Source: Syntrophorhabdaceae bacterium
GTDB taxonomy: Bacteria > Desulfobacterota > Syntrophorhabdia > Syntrophorhabdales > Syntrophorhabdaceae
Direction: 5' to 3'
DNA: 64,000 nucleotides
Assembly: GCA_963666485.2 (NCBI GenBank)
Contig: CAXXUO010000001.1
Location: forward strand, 448,001-512,000
In this document: in pieces, positions 48,736 to 58,737 of the stretch
Layout of the letters: every line of letters starts with the position of its first letter
Numbering within the stretch: the first letter of the stretch is position 1
Made by a program: the position numbers and the translations under genes
Notes under the pieces: generated by a model
Told to the model about the DNA's origin: nothing
Databases searched by the model: none
The model's input: the letters and a program-made list of their open reading frames with translations, nothing else

Positions 48736-51700
48736 TTGATCTCAAAGACCTCCTTCGGGAAAACGAGGATATTCCTCAGGATCTCGAGCGATTTCGCGCC
48801 GACCGTCCCGACATAGTTCGTTTTGATGTCGGGATCATCGAACGGGCCCGAAACGGTGTACGTGACGTAGAGAAAACCTTTATTCTTGTTCTTCACTATG
48901 CTCCGGACGATGGGGATGTTGTCGATCGTCCTGTCGAGTGCCACAAGCGGCGACACCTCGAGGGTGCCATTCAGCGTCTCCTTGTTGAGGTCGATGTCCC
49001 CGGTCCCGGTAATGACCATCGACTGGCTGTCGAGGAGGAAATTCTTCGTTCGAAAAACACCATGATCGATAACGAATGTGGCACCCATCTTCTTATATAT
49101 TAAACCATCTTTGCCGAAATCGATCTTTCCGCGTACGAGGTCATACACATTCAGGGCCGCAAATACCTTCGACAACATGTTCCAGCGCTTTATGACGCCG
49201 TCCCTGCTGTACACAGAGGTGTCCCCGCTGAGATTGGCCTTGAGCTCTTTCGAGGTCGCGCCCTCTGACTTCAAGGTGCCGGTAACATAACCGTCGCCGC
49301 TTATCTCCTGGGATGTGCTTCCCATGGCGGCAGATAATATGCCCGGTTTGACATGCGTCATCCGGCCATTCATATAAAACGAGGGTACGGGGCCCGAGAG
49401 GTCCACCATTCCCTTGAGATCGGCATCTCCCCCGAATACGCGGAGTTTCAGGTCGGCTATGTTGACCTTTCTGTCTGTCATGAAGGCGTTGACCTCGAGG
49501 TCCTTTGCCGCGACCTTGCCGAATGCCGCACCGTTTGCCCTTAAGGATATCTTACCGCTCGATACCGCGAGCGCGCTGTCTTTCCGGATGCTCCGCAGCG
49601 TAAGATCGCCGCCCGTCTTGAAATCCTTTGAATCCAGGCGGTCCATGCTGATGATCATGTCGAATTTCGGGGCCTCGAAGCCTTTTACCTTGAGAGACGC
49701 CTTTTTAAGGACGCTCGACCCGGTCGTCAACCCGTTTAAGACAATGTCACATTCATATCCCCTGAAATCAGCGTTGAGATCTATGTCCTTCATCACTGAC
49801 GGCATCCCGGGGAGCTTGACGAAGCCTTTCTTCATCTGTACGTTCCCGACGACCCAGGGGAGTTTTTCCACGGGAAACACAAGGTCCTTGACGGTGAGGT
49901 CGATATTTACCTCACCTCCCTTGAGATCACCCGCCAGGTTGAACAGCGACATGGCCCTGCCCGAATCTTTCGTGCGCACGGCTATCTTCGTGTCGATCTT
50001 CCGCGCCTGCGATATCATGACCGATGCCTGGACACTGATCACGTCGAGGGACCCGGAAAGGTCGTCAATCGTAATCTCCCCGGTCTTCTTCCGGGTAAGC
50101 TTGAACTGGGCCCTGCAGGGAACACCCTTCGCTTTTTTGAAATAACCGGGGACTGTATATGTGACATCATCCATCATGAGATGGGCATTCGTCACAACCT
50201 GGCTGTCGGCGACCGAGATATTTCCGTCAAACTGGACCTTTCCGGATATCGCTGCGGGGCTGCCTGTAATCGGTTTTACAAGCCCGGCGTCGGCGTATCC
50301 CCTGAACGACGACACAAGTCCTTTCGGCCCCCACCTGCCGTTCACAGTAACGGCTGTATCTTTTCCCAACAGTGTTATTGCATTGAATATCAATTCCTGG
50401 CCGGACAGCTGGAACGGGCCATGGATGGTAAACGGTTGTCCCTTCCATTCGACAACCGCATTATTTACCCTGCCCGAACCACCAAGGGCAAGGGCTTTTT
50501 CCTTCGCGCTGTCGAGTTCGATGACCCCGTCCGCGGTCCCTTTCTGGATAGTTACCTCTTTCAGTTCGACAAAATAGGGGATATGCGTAAGGTCCGCCGT
50601 GTATTTGCCGGTCAGCCGCACCCGGGGTTTCTTGCCAAAACCGATCGTTCCCTTCAGGTCATGAAAGGAGGTTGCCCTGAAAGATACTCTGCCCTCCGAA
50701 AAAGTCCCCCTGTCATCTTCTATATCGAGGTTCCCCGAGATATCGGTGAGCTCGTTTCCGTTATACGTGCCGGTGGTCTGCTTCAGTTCCAAGTTCGCGG
50801 TGAAAGGCCGGTCTTTTTCGTACGTCAATTTTTTCATCTTGAGATAACCGTCCTTGATGTACGCCCAGATATCATACCCGACCTCGTCCATCTTCACATA
50901 TTCTCTGACGACGCTTAACGGGACAGGTCCTGACGTGATATCGAGCCGCGCGAACGCGAAGTTCTTCATAGAGGTGTCAACGGTGAACGGGGCATTGGCA
51001 TACCCGGTATCGTATACCTTTATCGTGATATCCGACCCCCTGGCCGTGATGGTCGACTTTGCTTTTACCCTGTCGACGACGAGCGGCTTCCTGAGCCAGG
51101 TGTCGCGCAGGATGAGCTTCGGCGATTCGCATGTCCCCGCGAGGGTCAGGGCACCATCGTACAATGTGAACTCGCCTTTGCCGTTGACAACGCCGGCGAG
51201 GATAGGGTCGATCTTCTCAAGGCCGAAAGAATCTACTTCGATCGAGCCCTTGATCCTGTGCTTCGCCTTCTCTATGGTACTGCTCCCCACTATCCGCACC
51301 TTCCCGGCATGATCGGGATCGGAGATCGATGCGATAAATTTCATCGGTTTTTTTGTATTGATGTTCTCGGCGACAATGGATGCGACAACGAACTTTCTTC
51401 CGTTCGCATCTACAGTACCGTTACTTATATTGAGAAGACCGATCCTGGTATTGAAATCCTTGTTTTTCATCTTGAGCTTGTCGCTGATCACCAGGTTGAA
51501 ATCCTTCATGGATATGGTATCAAAAAAGACCCCGCCCGAAAGATAGATCCGCGTCGACACCTGGCCGATCTTTCCCGAAACCGGCCCTTTGAAAGAAAGG
51601 TTGTTGAGCTCGACCGACAGTGTGCCGTCTTCAAAGAGAAAGTGGGCCTTCTCGATCTTGACCGGTATCCCCGACCGGCTTAAAAAACCGGATATGATCG

Positions 51701-51782
51701 CCGGCAGGTTCCGCGAGACGACGAAGGTCCCCGACGCGATAAGAGCGAGGCATATGAGGACTATGACAATGGCTTTTTTCAT
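48732..51782 (-). CDS. AsmA-like (YhdP-like) protein
   Basis: N-terminal TM, long beta-rich body, AsmA-like C-terminus (G.IDL..IPIV..Y.VSGPFDDP). Confidence 0.8.
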   Translation of the reverse strand: MKKAIVIVLICLALIASGTFVVSRNLPAIISGFLSRSGIPVKIEKAHFLFEDGTLSVELNNLSFKGPVSGKIGQVSTRIYLSGGVFFDTISMKDFNLVISDKLKMKNKDFNTRIGLLNISNGTVDANGRKFVVASIVAENINTKKPMKFIASISDPDHAGKVRIVGSSTIEKAKHRIKGSIEVDSFGLEKIDPILAGVVNGKGEFTLYDGALTLAGTCESPKLILRDTWLRKPLVVDRVKAKSTITARGSDITIKVYDTGYANAPFTVDTSMKNFAFARLDITSGPVPLSVVREYVKMDEVGYDIWAYIKDGYLKMKKLTYEKDRPFTANLELKQTTGTYNGNELTDISGNLDIEDDRGTFSEGRVSFRATSFHDLKGTIGFGKKPRVRLTGKYTADLTHIPYFVELKEVTIQKGTADGVIELDSAKEKALALGGSGRVNNAVVEWKGQPFTIHGPFQLSGQELIFNAITLLGKDTAVTVNGRWGPKGLVSSFRGYADAGLVKPITGSPAAISGKVQFDGNISVADSQVVTNAHLMMDDVTYTVPGYFKKAKGVPCRAQFKLTRKKTGEITIDDLSGSLDVISVQASVMISQARKIDTKIAVRTKDSGRAMSLFNLAGDLKGGEVNIDLTVKDLVFPVEKLPWVVGNVQMKKGFVKLPGMPSVMKDIDLNADFRGYECDIVLNGLTTGSSVLKKASLKVKGFEAPKFDMIISMDRLDSKDFKTGGDLTLRSIRKDSALAVSSGKISLRANGAAFGKVAAKDLEVNAFMTDRKVNIADLKLRVFGGDADLKGMVDLSGPVPSFYMNGRMTHVKPGILSAAMGSTSQEISGDGYVTGTLKSEGATSKELKANLSGDTSVYSRDGVIKRWNMLSKVFAALNVYDLVRGKIDFGKDGLIYKKMGATFVIDHGVFRTKNFLLDSQSMVITGTGDIDLNKETLNGTLEVSPLVALDRTIDNIPIVRSIVKNKNKGFLYVTYTVSGPFDDPDIKTNYVGTVGAKSLEILRNILVFPKEVFEIK

Positions 51783-52474
51783 AGGGGCGTCCTCGCGAGG
51801 GCGAAGAGGACGACGTCCGAGGACCCGGCCCTCACGAGGGTCCGGGCCGCCTCGGCCGCGGTATACCCCGTCGTGAAAAGATCATCGACAAGCAGGATCC
51901 GCCTGCCGCTTAACTGGTCGGGTCTGTTCACCCGGAACGCTCCGCGTACATTCTTCTTCCGCTCATTCCTTGAAAGGCTGAACTGGTCACGCACGCCTTC
52001 GTTCTTGGCAAGCAGGGCATACTCAACGGAAAGCCCTGTGAGGGCCCCGATCTCTTCAGCGATTATGTACGACTGGTTGAAACCCCTTTCCCGGAGCCTT
52101 TTCGCCGACACCGGCACGGGCACGACGAAATCGACCTCCCTGTCGATACCGTGAAGCTTATGCGATACAAGCCGCACGAGCTCGCGGCCTATCTTTTTGA
52201 ACCCCTGAAATTTGAACGCATGGATGGCTTCCCGTACCGCCCCGTCGTACTCGAACCCAAACGAACCCCGGCTGAACCACATCTTTGTCCTGCTGCACGA
52301 ACCGCACACCACGGAACGCCCGAGCCAGCGCCCGCACACCGGGCACACTTCGTCATCCCGGACAATGCGGAACCCGGCAGTGCACTTCTCGCAGAGAACA
52401 TCGCCCTCTGCGCCGCAGACTCCACATGATTGGGGGTAAAAGAGACGTAACGCTGAGTTGAGAAAACTAAGCAC
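51779..52474 (-). CDS. comF: ComF family protein
   Basis: double zinc ribbon (CGVC..CEKC..CPVC..CGSC), ERGFNQS, LVDDLFTTG; GTG 52474 overlaps upstream stop. Confidence 0.9.
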   Translation of the reverse strand: MLSFLNSALRLFYPQSCGVCGAEGDVLCEKCTAGFRIVRDDEVCPVCGRWLGRSVVCGSCSRTKMWFSRGSFGFEYDGAVREAIHAFKFQGFKKIGRELVRLVSHKLHGIDREVDFVVPVPVSAKRLRERGFNQSYIIAEEIGALTGLSVEYALLAKNEGVRDQFSLSRNERKKNVRGAFRVNRPDQLSGRRILLVDDLFTTGYTAAEAARTLVRAGSSDVVLFALARTPL

Positions 52475-53663
52475 CGTACTTGTCGAGCCGCCCCCCGTGC
52501 GCAAGGGCAAGGGACATGAGGTCTTTGCTGTATAGTGTTCCTACACTCCCGGCAAGGCAGTTTTTTTCGTGAAAGACCATGCCGTCCGTTTCCCCGGTCT
52601 TTGTCACGATGAGGGCCGGCACCGGATGCCAGCTATGGCCTTTCATCGGGCACGGCGTCGAATGGTCCCCTGTAATGACGAGGGTGTGCGGGTCGAGCCC
52701 GGCGATCTCCGGGAGGAACGTGTCAACGTTCTCGATGGCCTGCACCTTTTCCGCAAAATTACCGTCCTCTCCTGCAAGGTCCGTTTCCTTGACATGGAAG
52801 AAGAAAAATTGGTAATCGCTGTAATTCTTTTTCAGGATCGCGACAGCCTCGTCGTAGTTTGCCGGTTCGTCCCTGACATCCATCCCGAGGACCTTCGCTA
52901 TACCGCGGTACATCGGGTATGTGGCGATCGCCAGCGCCTTCATGCGATATTTTGCGGTAAACGGCGTGATGTCGGGCTTTAAGGAAAAACCGCGCAGAAG
53001 CGCCCCGTTTGCGACAGGCTCCACCTTCAGGATGTCCATAACCCGTTCGATAAAACCGTTGACGACGCGCGCGGAGAACTCGGCGTCCGGGGATTTCGCC
53101 GATGTGTAGACGAACGGTTTGTTGTCCTTGTGGGGATCGGCATCCGAAAGTTTATCAGTAAGGTTCTTTCCCCTGAATATGACGGCAAACCGGTGGGATT
53201 TGCCGGGCTTTATAATAACCTCGCACCCTTCGACCTTTTCCACCTGCGAACTGATGAGCTTGCAAAGGCGCTCGGTTTCCGATGTCGGTATCCGGCCTGC
53301 CCTGCGATCGGTGACAAGGCCGTTCTTGACGGTGCAGAAATTCGCGCGGGCGGCGAGGTCGCCGTCCTTGAGGTCCATGTTGAGCCCGAGGACCTCGAGC
53401 ACCCCGCGCCCTATTTCATGGACTTGCGGGTCGTACCCGAAAAGGCTCAGGTGGCCCGGGCCGCTCCCCGGGGTGATGCCGATATCGACGGGAGTGATGC
53501 GGCCGAGGACGCCCCTCTTTGTCGCGAGGTCGTCCATGTTGGGTTTTTTCGCGGCCTCGAGCGGGGTCTTCAGGCCAAACGCCGGATTGGGAATGTCCCC
53601 GAGGCCGTCCAGTATGAGGAAGATAACCTTGTTGTCGTTTGACAGCAGCAGTTCATCCATCAT
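52467..53663 (-). CDS. apgM: 2,3-BPG-independent phosphoglycerate mutase (ApgM type)
   Basis: LDGLGD..TPLEAA..P..D, PGSGPGHLSLFGYDP, DLAGEDG, TGDHSTP..HSWHPVP. Confidence 0.93.
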   Translation of the reverse strand: MMDELLLSNDNKVIFLILDGLGDIPNPAFGLKTPLEAAKKPNMDDLATKRGVLGRITPVDIGITPGSGPGHLSLFGYDPQVHEIGRGVLEVLGLNMDLKDGDLAARANFCTVKNGLVTDRRAGRIPTSETERLCKLISSQVEKVEGCEVIIKPGKSHRFAVIFRGKNLTDKLSDADPHKDNKPFVYTSAKSPDAEFSARVVNGFIERVMDILKVEPVANGALLRGFSLKPDITPFTAKYRMKALAIATYPMYRGIAKVLGMDVRDEPANYDEAVAILKKNYSDYQFFFFHVKETDLAGEDGNFAEKVQAIENVDTFLPEIAGLDPHTLVITGDHSTPCPMKGHSWHPVPALIVTKTGETDGMVFHEKNCLAGSVGTLYSKDLMSLALAHGGRLDKYGA

Positions 53664-55030
53664 GGTTCGCTCCGCGTCCACTCCGCTTCGTCATAGAGGG
53701 TCCTCAGTTCGGTCATGTCGCCGTGCAGAAAATCCTCTTTCTTCACATTTATCGTATTCCAGCTGTAGCAGCTTTCGCAATAATCGCTCCATTTTTCCTT
53801 GAGGGAATTGCATTTCGTGCAGACAAAAGGAATATACACCGATTCGTCCATCGGGAAGGCGTCCTTGAATTCCTGAACGGCGTTCTCCAACTCGCCCCTG
53901 TGGACGTAGGCCTCGGCCATGGCCCTGTGCAGGCCTTTGAAATCCTCGCCTTCCGCCATGAGGGAATTCAAAGTGTCGATGGCCTCATCGATCATTTCGA
54001 GCCTTAAGCACAATCTGGCATAGAGAAAGGAGATCAGGTGGTCATCGGGAGAGACGTCGAGGACCCTCCGGTAGATCTTGAGGATGACCTCGGGGTCGCC
54101 CCTGTCAATATAGAGGTCTTCCATCTTCAGGAGGAACTCTATGTGGCCGGTCTTTGTGTATCCCCTGCCGTAGATCCTTCCGGCCTCGTTCAGTTTCCCG
54201 GTCTTTTTGTACGCCTCCCCAAGCAGGACATACGCCGGTATAAACCTCTTATCCTCGCCGATGATCTCTTTGAGCTCATCGATGATCGTCTCCGCGTTCA
54301 GCTGGAACTGGTCATTGAAAAGGGCATAAGCCTTCTGGTAGCGGATCCCGATAAGGCGCTTTCCTTCCTCCTCGGTTTTCACGTAACGCCGTATCTTCTT
54401 CTCTACGTCGTATGCCCCGTCCCAATCCTTCTTCCATACGTAGAGGTCCCGCATGAGCCGCAGGGCATCGAGGCTCGACTCGTTGACCCTGAGAATATCC
54501 TTGAGTATAGCTTCGTTCCTGGCGTAATCCCTGGCTTTCATGTTCAGTCTGACCTTCTTGAACAGAATGCTTTCGACCTTGCCTAAGCTCGCCTCGGCGA
54601 GGTCCAGGGTTTCCCGCGCCTTGTCATAATCCTCCATCGAGACGTAGATATCGGCAAGGGCAATGTAGGTCTCTTCGCGGCCCGGGTTCCTGCGCGCAAG
54701 CCTGTCAAGGTGTTCTATGGCCTTCTCGCGGTCGCCTTTGAGGTCGTAATGACGGGCTTTTTCCAGGAGTTCCAGGTATTCTTCGCTTCTGCGCTCGGCA
54801 CGTCTCGCCATCCACGACGTCACGGCTGTTTTCAGGTCGTAGAAAAAGCTGACGATAATGGAGATAACGACGCCGAGACAGAACGCCGCAATAATGAATT
54901 CCGCGAGGGAGAGTTCGATGGGGCGGTGCCCACCGTAGTAAAACTTGACGTTTTCCGGGTTCAGGTGGGCAATATAGAAGTAGAAGACAAGGAAGAGTGC
55001 GAGAACGAAAAAGAATATCTTATAGCGCAT
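53660..55030 (-). CDS. LapA-like membrane domain + LapB-like TPR/rubredoxin protein
   Basis: two N-terminal TMs around NPENV, TPR repeats, C-terminal CTKC..W..CESC..W. Confidence 0.8.
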   Translation of the reverse strand: MRYKIFFFVLALFLVFYFYIAHLNPENVKFYYGGHRPIELSLAEFIIAAFCLGVVISIIVSFFYDLKTAVTSWMARRAERRSEEYLELLEKARHYDLKGDREKAIEHLDRLARRNPGREETYIALADIYVSMEDYDKARETLDLAEASLGKVESILFKKVRLNMKARDYARNEAILKDILRVNESSLDALRLMRDLYVWKKDWDGAYDVEKKIRRYVKTEEEGKRLIGIRYQKAYALFNDQFQLNAETIIDELKEIIGEDKRFIPAYVLLGEAYKKTGKLNEAGRIYGRGYTKTGHIEFLLKMEDLYIDRGDPEVILKIYRRVLDVSPDDHLISFLYARLCLRLEMIDEAIDTLNSLMAEGEDFKGLHRAMAEAYVHRGELENAVQEFKDAFPMDESVYIPFVCTKCNSLKEKWSDYCESCYSWNTINVKKEDFLHGDMTELRTLYDEAEWTRSEP

Positions 55031-55034
55031 TTCT

Positions 55035-55388
55035 TTATAATCCTTTCTCCTCCATTTGTCGCTTACACGTTATACAATAACGTGCTACGGGATTTGCTTC
55101 AAGTCTTTTCTCGCTGATCTTCTCCTCGCATTCCTCACAGATGCCGTAGGAGCCCTTGTTCAGCTTGTCGAGCGAATTGTCGATATCCTTGAGGATGGTG
55201 AGGTCGTTGTCGCTTATGCTCATGAGGATGTCGGCATTGTACGTATTGCTGGCGGCATCGGCCATGTCCTGGATGCCGTCCGTGCCAAGGTTATATGAGT
55301 CCTCTTTGAGCTTTTTCGCCTTGTTGAGGATGTTCTCGCGCATCTTCAGCAGCCTCTTCCGGTATAACTCTATGGTCTGTTTATTCAT
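55035..55388 (-). CDS. dksA: DksA/TraR C4 zinc-finger protein
   Basis: DMADAA coiled-coil tip, GSYGICEEC..RLEANP.ARYCITC. Confidence 0.88.
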   Translation of the reverse strand: MNKQTIELYRKRLLKMRENILNKAKKLKEDSYNLGTDGIQDMADAASNTYNADILMSISDNDLTILKDIDNSLDKLNKGSYGICEECEEKISEKRLEANPVARYCITCKRQMEEKGL

Positions 55389-55755
55389 TGCCCACCTCTA
55401 TATCCTTGTTTTCTTTTTTTATTCTGTATTTTTTGGCCTCCAGCCACAGGCTTTCGAGATCATACAGTTCCCTCAGCGAGGACAGAAAAATATGGACGAT
55501 AACACTCTGAAAATCAAGAATAACCCACCGTCCTTCGTCGTACCCTTCCGATGCGGCGGGCCGCATCTTTTTTTCCTTCATGCCTTCGCGGACCCCGTCC
55601 GCGACCGTTCTTACGTGACGCTCGCTTGTGCCGCTGGCGATGACGAAATAATCGGCAATGTCCGTAAGGCCTTCGAGGTTCATTATAACGATGTCCCCCG
55701 CTTTTTTGTCATCTGCCAGCCTGCCGAGCTCTTCGGCTAATTCTTCAGGTTTCAT
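55381..55755 (-). CDS. rsfS: ribosome silencing factor
   Basis: DKKAGDI..IADYFVIASG.SERH..WVILD..VHIF..RELYDLESLW. Confidence 0.95.
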   Translation of the reverse strand: MKPEELAEELGRLADDKKAGDIVIMNLEGLTDIADYFVIASGTSERHVRTVADGVREGMKEKKMRPAASEGYDEGRWVILDFQSVIVHIFLSSLRELYDLESLWLEAKKYRIKKENKDIEVGNE

Positions 55756-55756
55756 G

Positions 55757-56392
55757 TCAGGACCTGTACAACCCCCTTTCACGTATGATCTTCTCGACCG
55801 GAGCGGGGACAAGGTATTTTATCGACCTTGAATCCCTGTGCAGGGCACGCACCTTCGTCGACGAGATGTCTATCTTTGTCACAGCCCGTAGATATATCAT
55901 TTTACCCGATTCATGCCTGTAAACATTTTCCTCCTGCGCGCTAAGTTTAGCACGAATGCGCTCAGGAAGCATCCCGGGGATGTCAGGCTGCCCCGGTACG
56001 GGCCGCGTCATGACGATAAAGTTCGTATGGTAAAAAAGTTCCTCATAATGGTACCAGGTATCGATGAGCATGAAAGCGTCGATACCGATAATAAAATAGA
56101 TATCGTTGAAGCGGCGGCCGAGCTTTTTCAAGGTCTCGATCGTGTAGGAGACACCGCCCCGCCTTATCTCGAGATCGGACACCCGGAAGAGAGGGTTTCC
56201 CCTGACAGCTGCCTTAAGCATTCTCAGCCGGTCTGACGACAGGGCCGCCCCGTCGCTGTCTTTGTGGGGCGGCAGATGGGACGGCACAAAATAGACGGCC
56301 TCGAGGCGGAAATCCTCCCGTATCTCCTCGGCCACGCGCAGGTGACCTACGTGCACAGGATTGAAGGTTCCGCCAAAGACCCCTATTGCCAT
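55757..56392 (-). CDS. nadD: nicotinate-nucleotide adenylyltransferase
   Basis: GGTFNPVHVGH, PPHK, SYTIETL, IIGID, ISSTKVR. Confidence 0.95.
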   Translation of the reverse strand: MAIGVFGGTFNPVHVGHLRVAEEIREDFRLEAVYFVPSHLPPHKDSDGAALSSDRLRMLKAAVRGNPLFRVSDLEIRRGGVSYTIETLKKLGRRFNDIYFIIGIDAFMLIDTWYHYEELFYHTNFIVMTRPVPGQPDIPGMLPERIRAKLSAQEENVYRHESGKMIYLRAVTKIDISSTKVRALHRDSRSIKYLVPAPVEKIIRERGLYRS

Positions 56393-56401
56393 CAGTCTAC
56401 C

Positions 56402-57646
56402 CTATGTCCTTACCTGCCCGCTGCCGAAACCGATGAATTTCGTAACGGTAAGCTCTTCGAGCCCCATGGGCCCGAATGCGTGAAGCCTCGTCGTGCTTAT
56501 CCCCATTTCTGCGCCGAGGCCAAGCTGGAAGCCGTCGTTGAGCCGGGTCGACGCGTTGACCAGAACGAGCGACGAGTTTACCTCGCGCAGAAATTTCCAG
56601 GCCCTGTCATAATTGGTCGTGATGATCGCCTCGGTGTGACTCGAGCCATACTTCCGGATGTGAGCGATGGCATCGGCCATATCTTTCACGACCTTCACCG
56701 ACAGCGTCAGGTCGAGGTATTCCCTGTACCAGTCCGCATTCGTCGCTTTCTTTATCCCCTTCAGTATGGCTGCTGTCTTTTCGCAGCCCCTGACAACCAC
56801 GCCCTGCCGTGTCAGTTCCTTGTGGACCTTCGGCAGGAAGGACCGGGCTATCTTCTCGTTGACGAGGAGCGTTTCCAGTGCGTTGCAGGTGGCGGGCTTC
56901 TGGACCTTCGCGTTTATCGAAACGTCCATGGCCAGTTTCTCGTCGAACTCGTCGTCAATGTATATATGACAAACACCCTTGTAATGCTTGAGGACGGGTA
57001 TCCGGGACCGTTCCACGATGCTGCGTATCAGCGCCTCCCCGCCGCGGGGAATGACGAGGTCTATCTCCTCCTCCCGTTCGAGCAGCGAATAAATGAAATC
57101 ACGGTCCGCCGTCTCGACAAACTGGATGGCATCGGGCGGTATGTCCGATTCTTCCAACGTTTCCACGATCAGCCTGTACAGGGCCTTATTTGAATGATAC
57201 GCCTCGGAGCCCCCTTTCAGGATCACGCAGTTGCCGCTTTTCAGGCACAGGGAAAAGGCCTCCACGGTGACGTTCGGCCGTGATTCGTAAATGATCAGGA
57301 TGACGCCGATGGGTATCCTCATTCGCCCGACGAGAAGGTCGTTCGGCCTCTTCCAGGTCTTGACGATCTCTCCTACGGGGTCGGGAAGGGCCGCAACATC
57401 TTTGAGGCTCCCCTGCATTTCCCGCAGGACCTTGTCATCTATCCTCAACCGGTCGATAAGGCTCCGCGCAAGGCCTTCTTTCTCTGCGGCCTTTATGTCC
57501 TTTGCATTTTCCTCGTACAGGTACCCCTGGTTCTTTCCCAGTTTTTCGGCTAGCCGTACGAGGACCCGGTTCTTTTCATCGGTCGTGGCGTGCGCCAGGA
57601 CGTCGGACGCCCCTTTCGCCCTCTGCGCCAGTTTTTCCGCTTTCAT
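56402..57646 (-). CDS. proA: gamma-glutamyl phosphate reductase
   Basis: IYESRPNVT, LKGGSEA, IPRGG, CNALET, VNASTR..DG..GAEMGIST. Confidence 0.97.
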   Translation of the reverse strand: MKAEKLAQRAKGASDVLAHATTDEKNRVLVRLAEKLGKNQGYLYEENAKDIKAAEKEGLARSLIDRLRIDDKVLREMQGSLKDVAALPDPVGEIVKTWKRPNDLLVGRMRIPIGVILIIYESRPNVTVEAFSLCLKSGNCVILKGGSEAYHSNKALYRLIVETLEESDIPPDAIQFVETADRDFIYSLLEREEEIDLVIPRGGEALIRSIVERSRIPVLKHYKGVCHIYIDDEFDEKLAMDVSINAKVQKPATCNALETLLVNEKIARSFLPKVHKELTRQGVVVRGCEKTAAILKGIKKATNADWYREYLDLTLSVKVVKDMADAIAHIRKYGSSHTEAIITTNYDRAWKFLREVNSSLVLVNASTRLNDGFQLGLGAEMGISTTRLHAFGPMGLEELTVTKFIGFGSGQVRT

Positions 57647-58737
57647 ATGACCACCATGTTGTCCCTGTGCACTATTTCTTCGGTATATTTGTACCCGAGC
57701 TCCCGTTCGATATCGAGGCTCTTCAAGCCTTTTATCCTGTCCATTTCGGACGACGAGTAATTGGCGATCCCCTTCGCGACCACGGTCCCCGATGCGTTCT
57801 TCATCTCGATGCAGTCACCGCTCGCGAAATGGCCCTCGATCCGGACAACGCCCGACGGCAGGAGGCTCTTGCCGTTCGAGACGATCGCCCGCTCCGCTCC
57901 CTCGTCGACCCACACGGTCCCCTTCGCCTTGAAGGCAAACGCGGTCCACCACTTGCGCCGCGCCAGCTTGCGGCCGGGCAGGAACAGGGTCCCGACCTCT
58001 TTGCCCGCTATGACATTGAGGATGACGTCCTTTTTGCCGCCGAGGACGACCCGGGTCGGTATCCCGTACATACCGGCTTTCTTAGCTGCTTCGAGCTTGC
58101 TTATCATGCCGCCGACACTTTTTTCGCTTGCCGATTGCGCAGCGCTTCCCTCGATGTCTTCATCGATCCTCCGCACGACAGGTATCATCTTCGCGTGGGG
58201 GTTCCGGTTCGGGTCGCAGTCGTAGAGCCCTTCGACATCCGACAGGATGAGGAGCAGGTCGGCGGATGCGATCTGGGCGATCATGGCCGAGAGATTGTCG
58301 TTGTCACCGAACTTTATCTCCGTGAACGAAAGCGCGTCGTTTTCGTTTATCACGGGAACGATGCCCATCCTGAGAAGGGTATCGAGCGTGTTGGTAAGGT
58401 TGAGGCACCGTGTCCTGTTCTTGATGTCCTCATGGGTGAGCAGGATCTGGCTCACCTTCATGGCCTTCTTCTCGAAGTTCTCACGGTACATCTTCATGAG
58501 AAGGACCTGGCCGATGGACGCAAGGGCCTGCTTCTTGGCGATCTCTTTCGGCTTGCGGGAGATGCCGATGGTCTCCATGCCGCATCCCACGGCGCCGCTC
58601 GACACGATGATGACCTCCGTGCCGGCATCTCGTGCCTTTTTCACCTGTCGCGCGATATCGCGTATCTTGTCGGAACTTATCTTCTTATCGTCGTCAAGAA
58701 GCACGGATGTCCCGATTTTAATGACAACCCGGTTCAT
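57643..58737 (-). CDS. proB: glutamate 5-kinase with PUA domain
   Basis: VIKIGTS, VSSGA, PVINEND, FGDNDNLSA, GGM.SK, VHRDN. Confidence 0.97.
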   Translation of the reverse strand: MNRVVIKIGTSVLLDDDKKISSDKIRDIARQVKKARDAGTEVIIVSSGAVGCGMETIGISRKPKEIAKKQALASIGQVLLMKMYRENFEKKAMKVSQILLTHEDIKNRTRCLNLTNTLDTLLRMGIVPVINENDALSFTEIKFGDNDNLSAMIAQIASADLLLILSDVEGLYDCDPNRNPHAKMIPVVRRIDEDIEGSAAQSASEKSVGGMISKLEAAKKAGMYGIPTRVVLGGKKDVILNVIAGKEVGTLFLPGRKLARRKWWTAFAFKAKGTVWVDEGAERAIVSNGKSLLPSGVVRIEGHFASGDCIEMKNASGTVVAKGIANYSSSEMDRIKGLKSLDIERELGYKYTEEIVHRDNMVVI

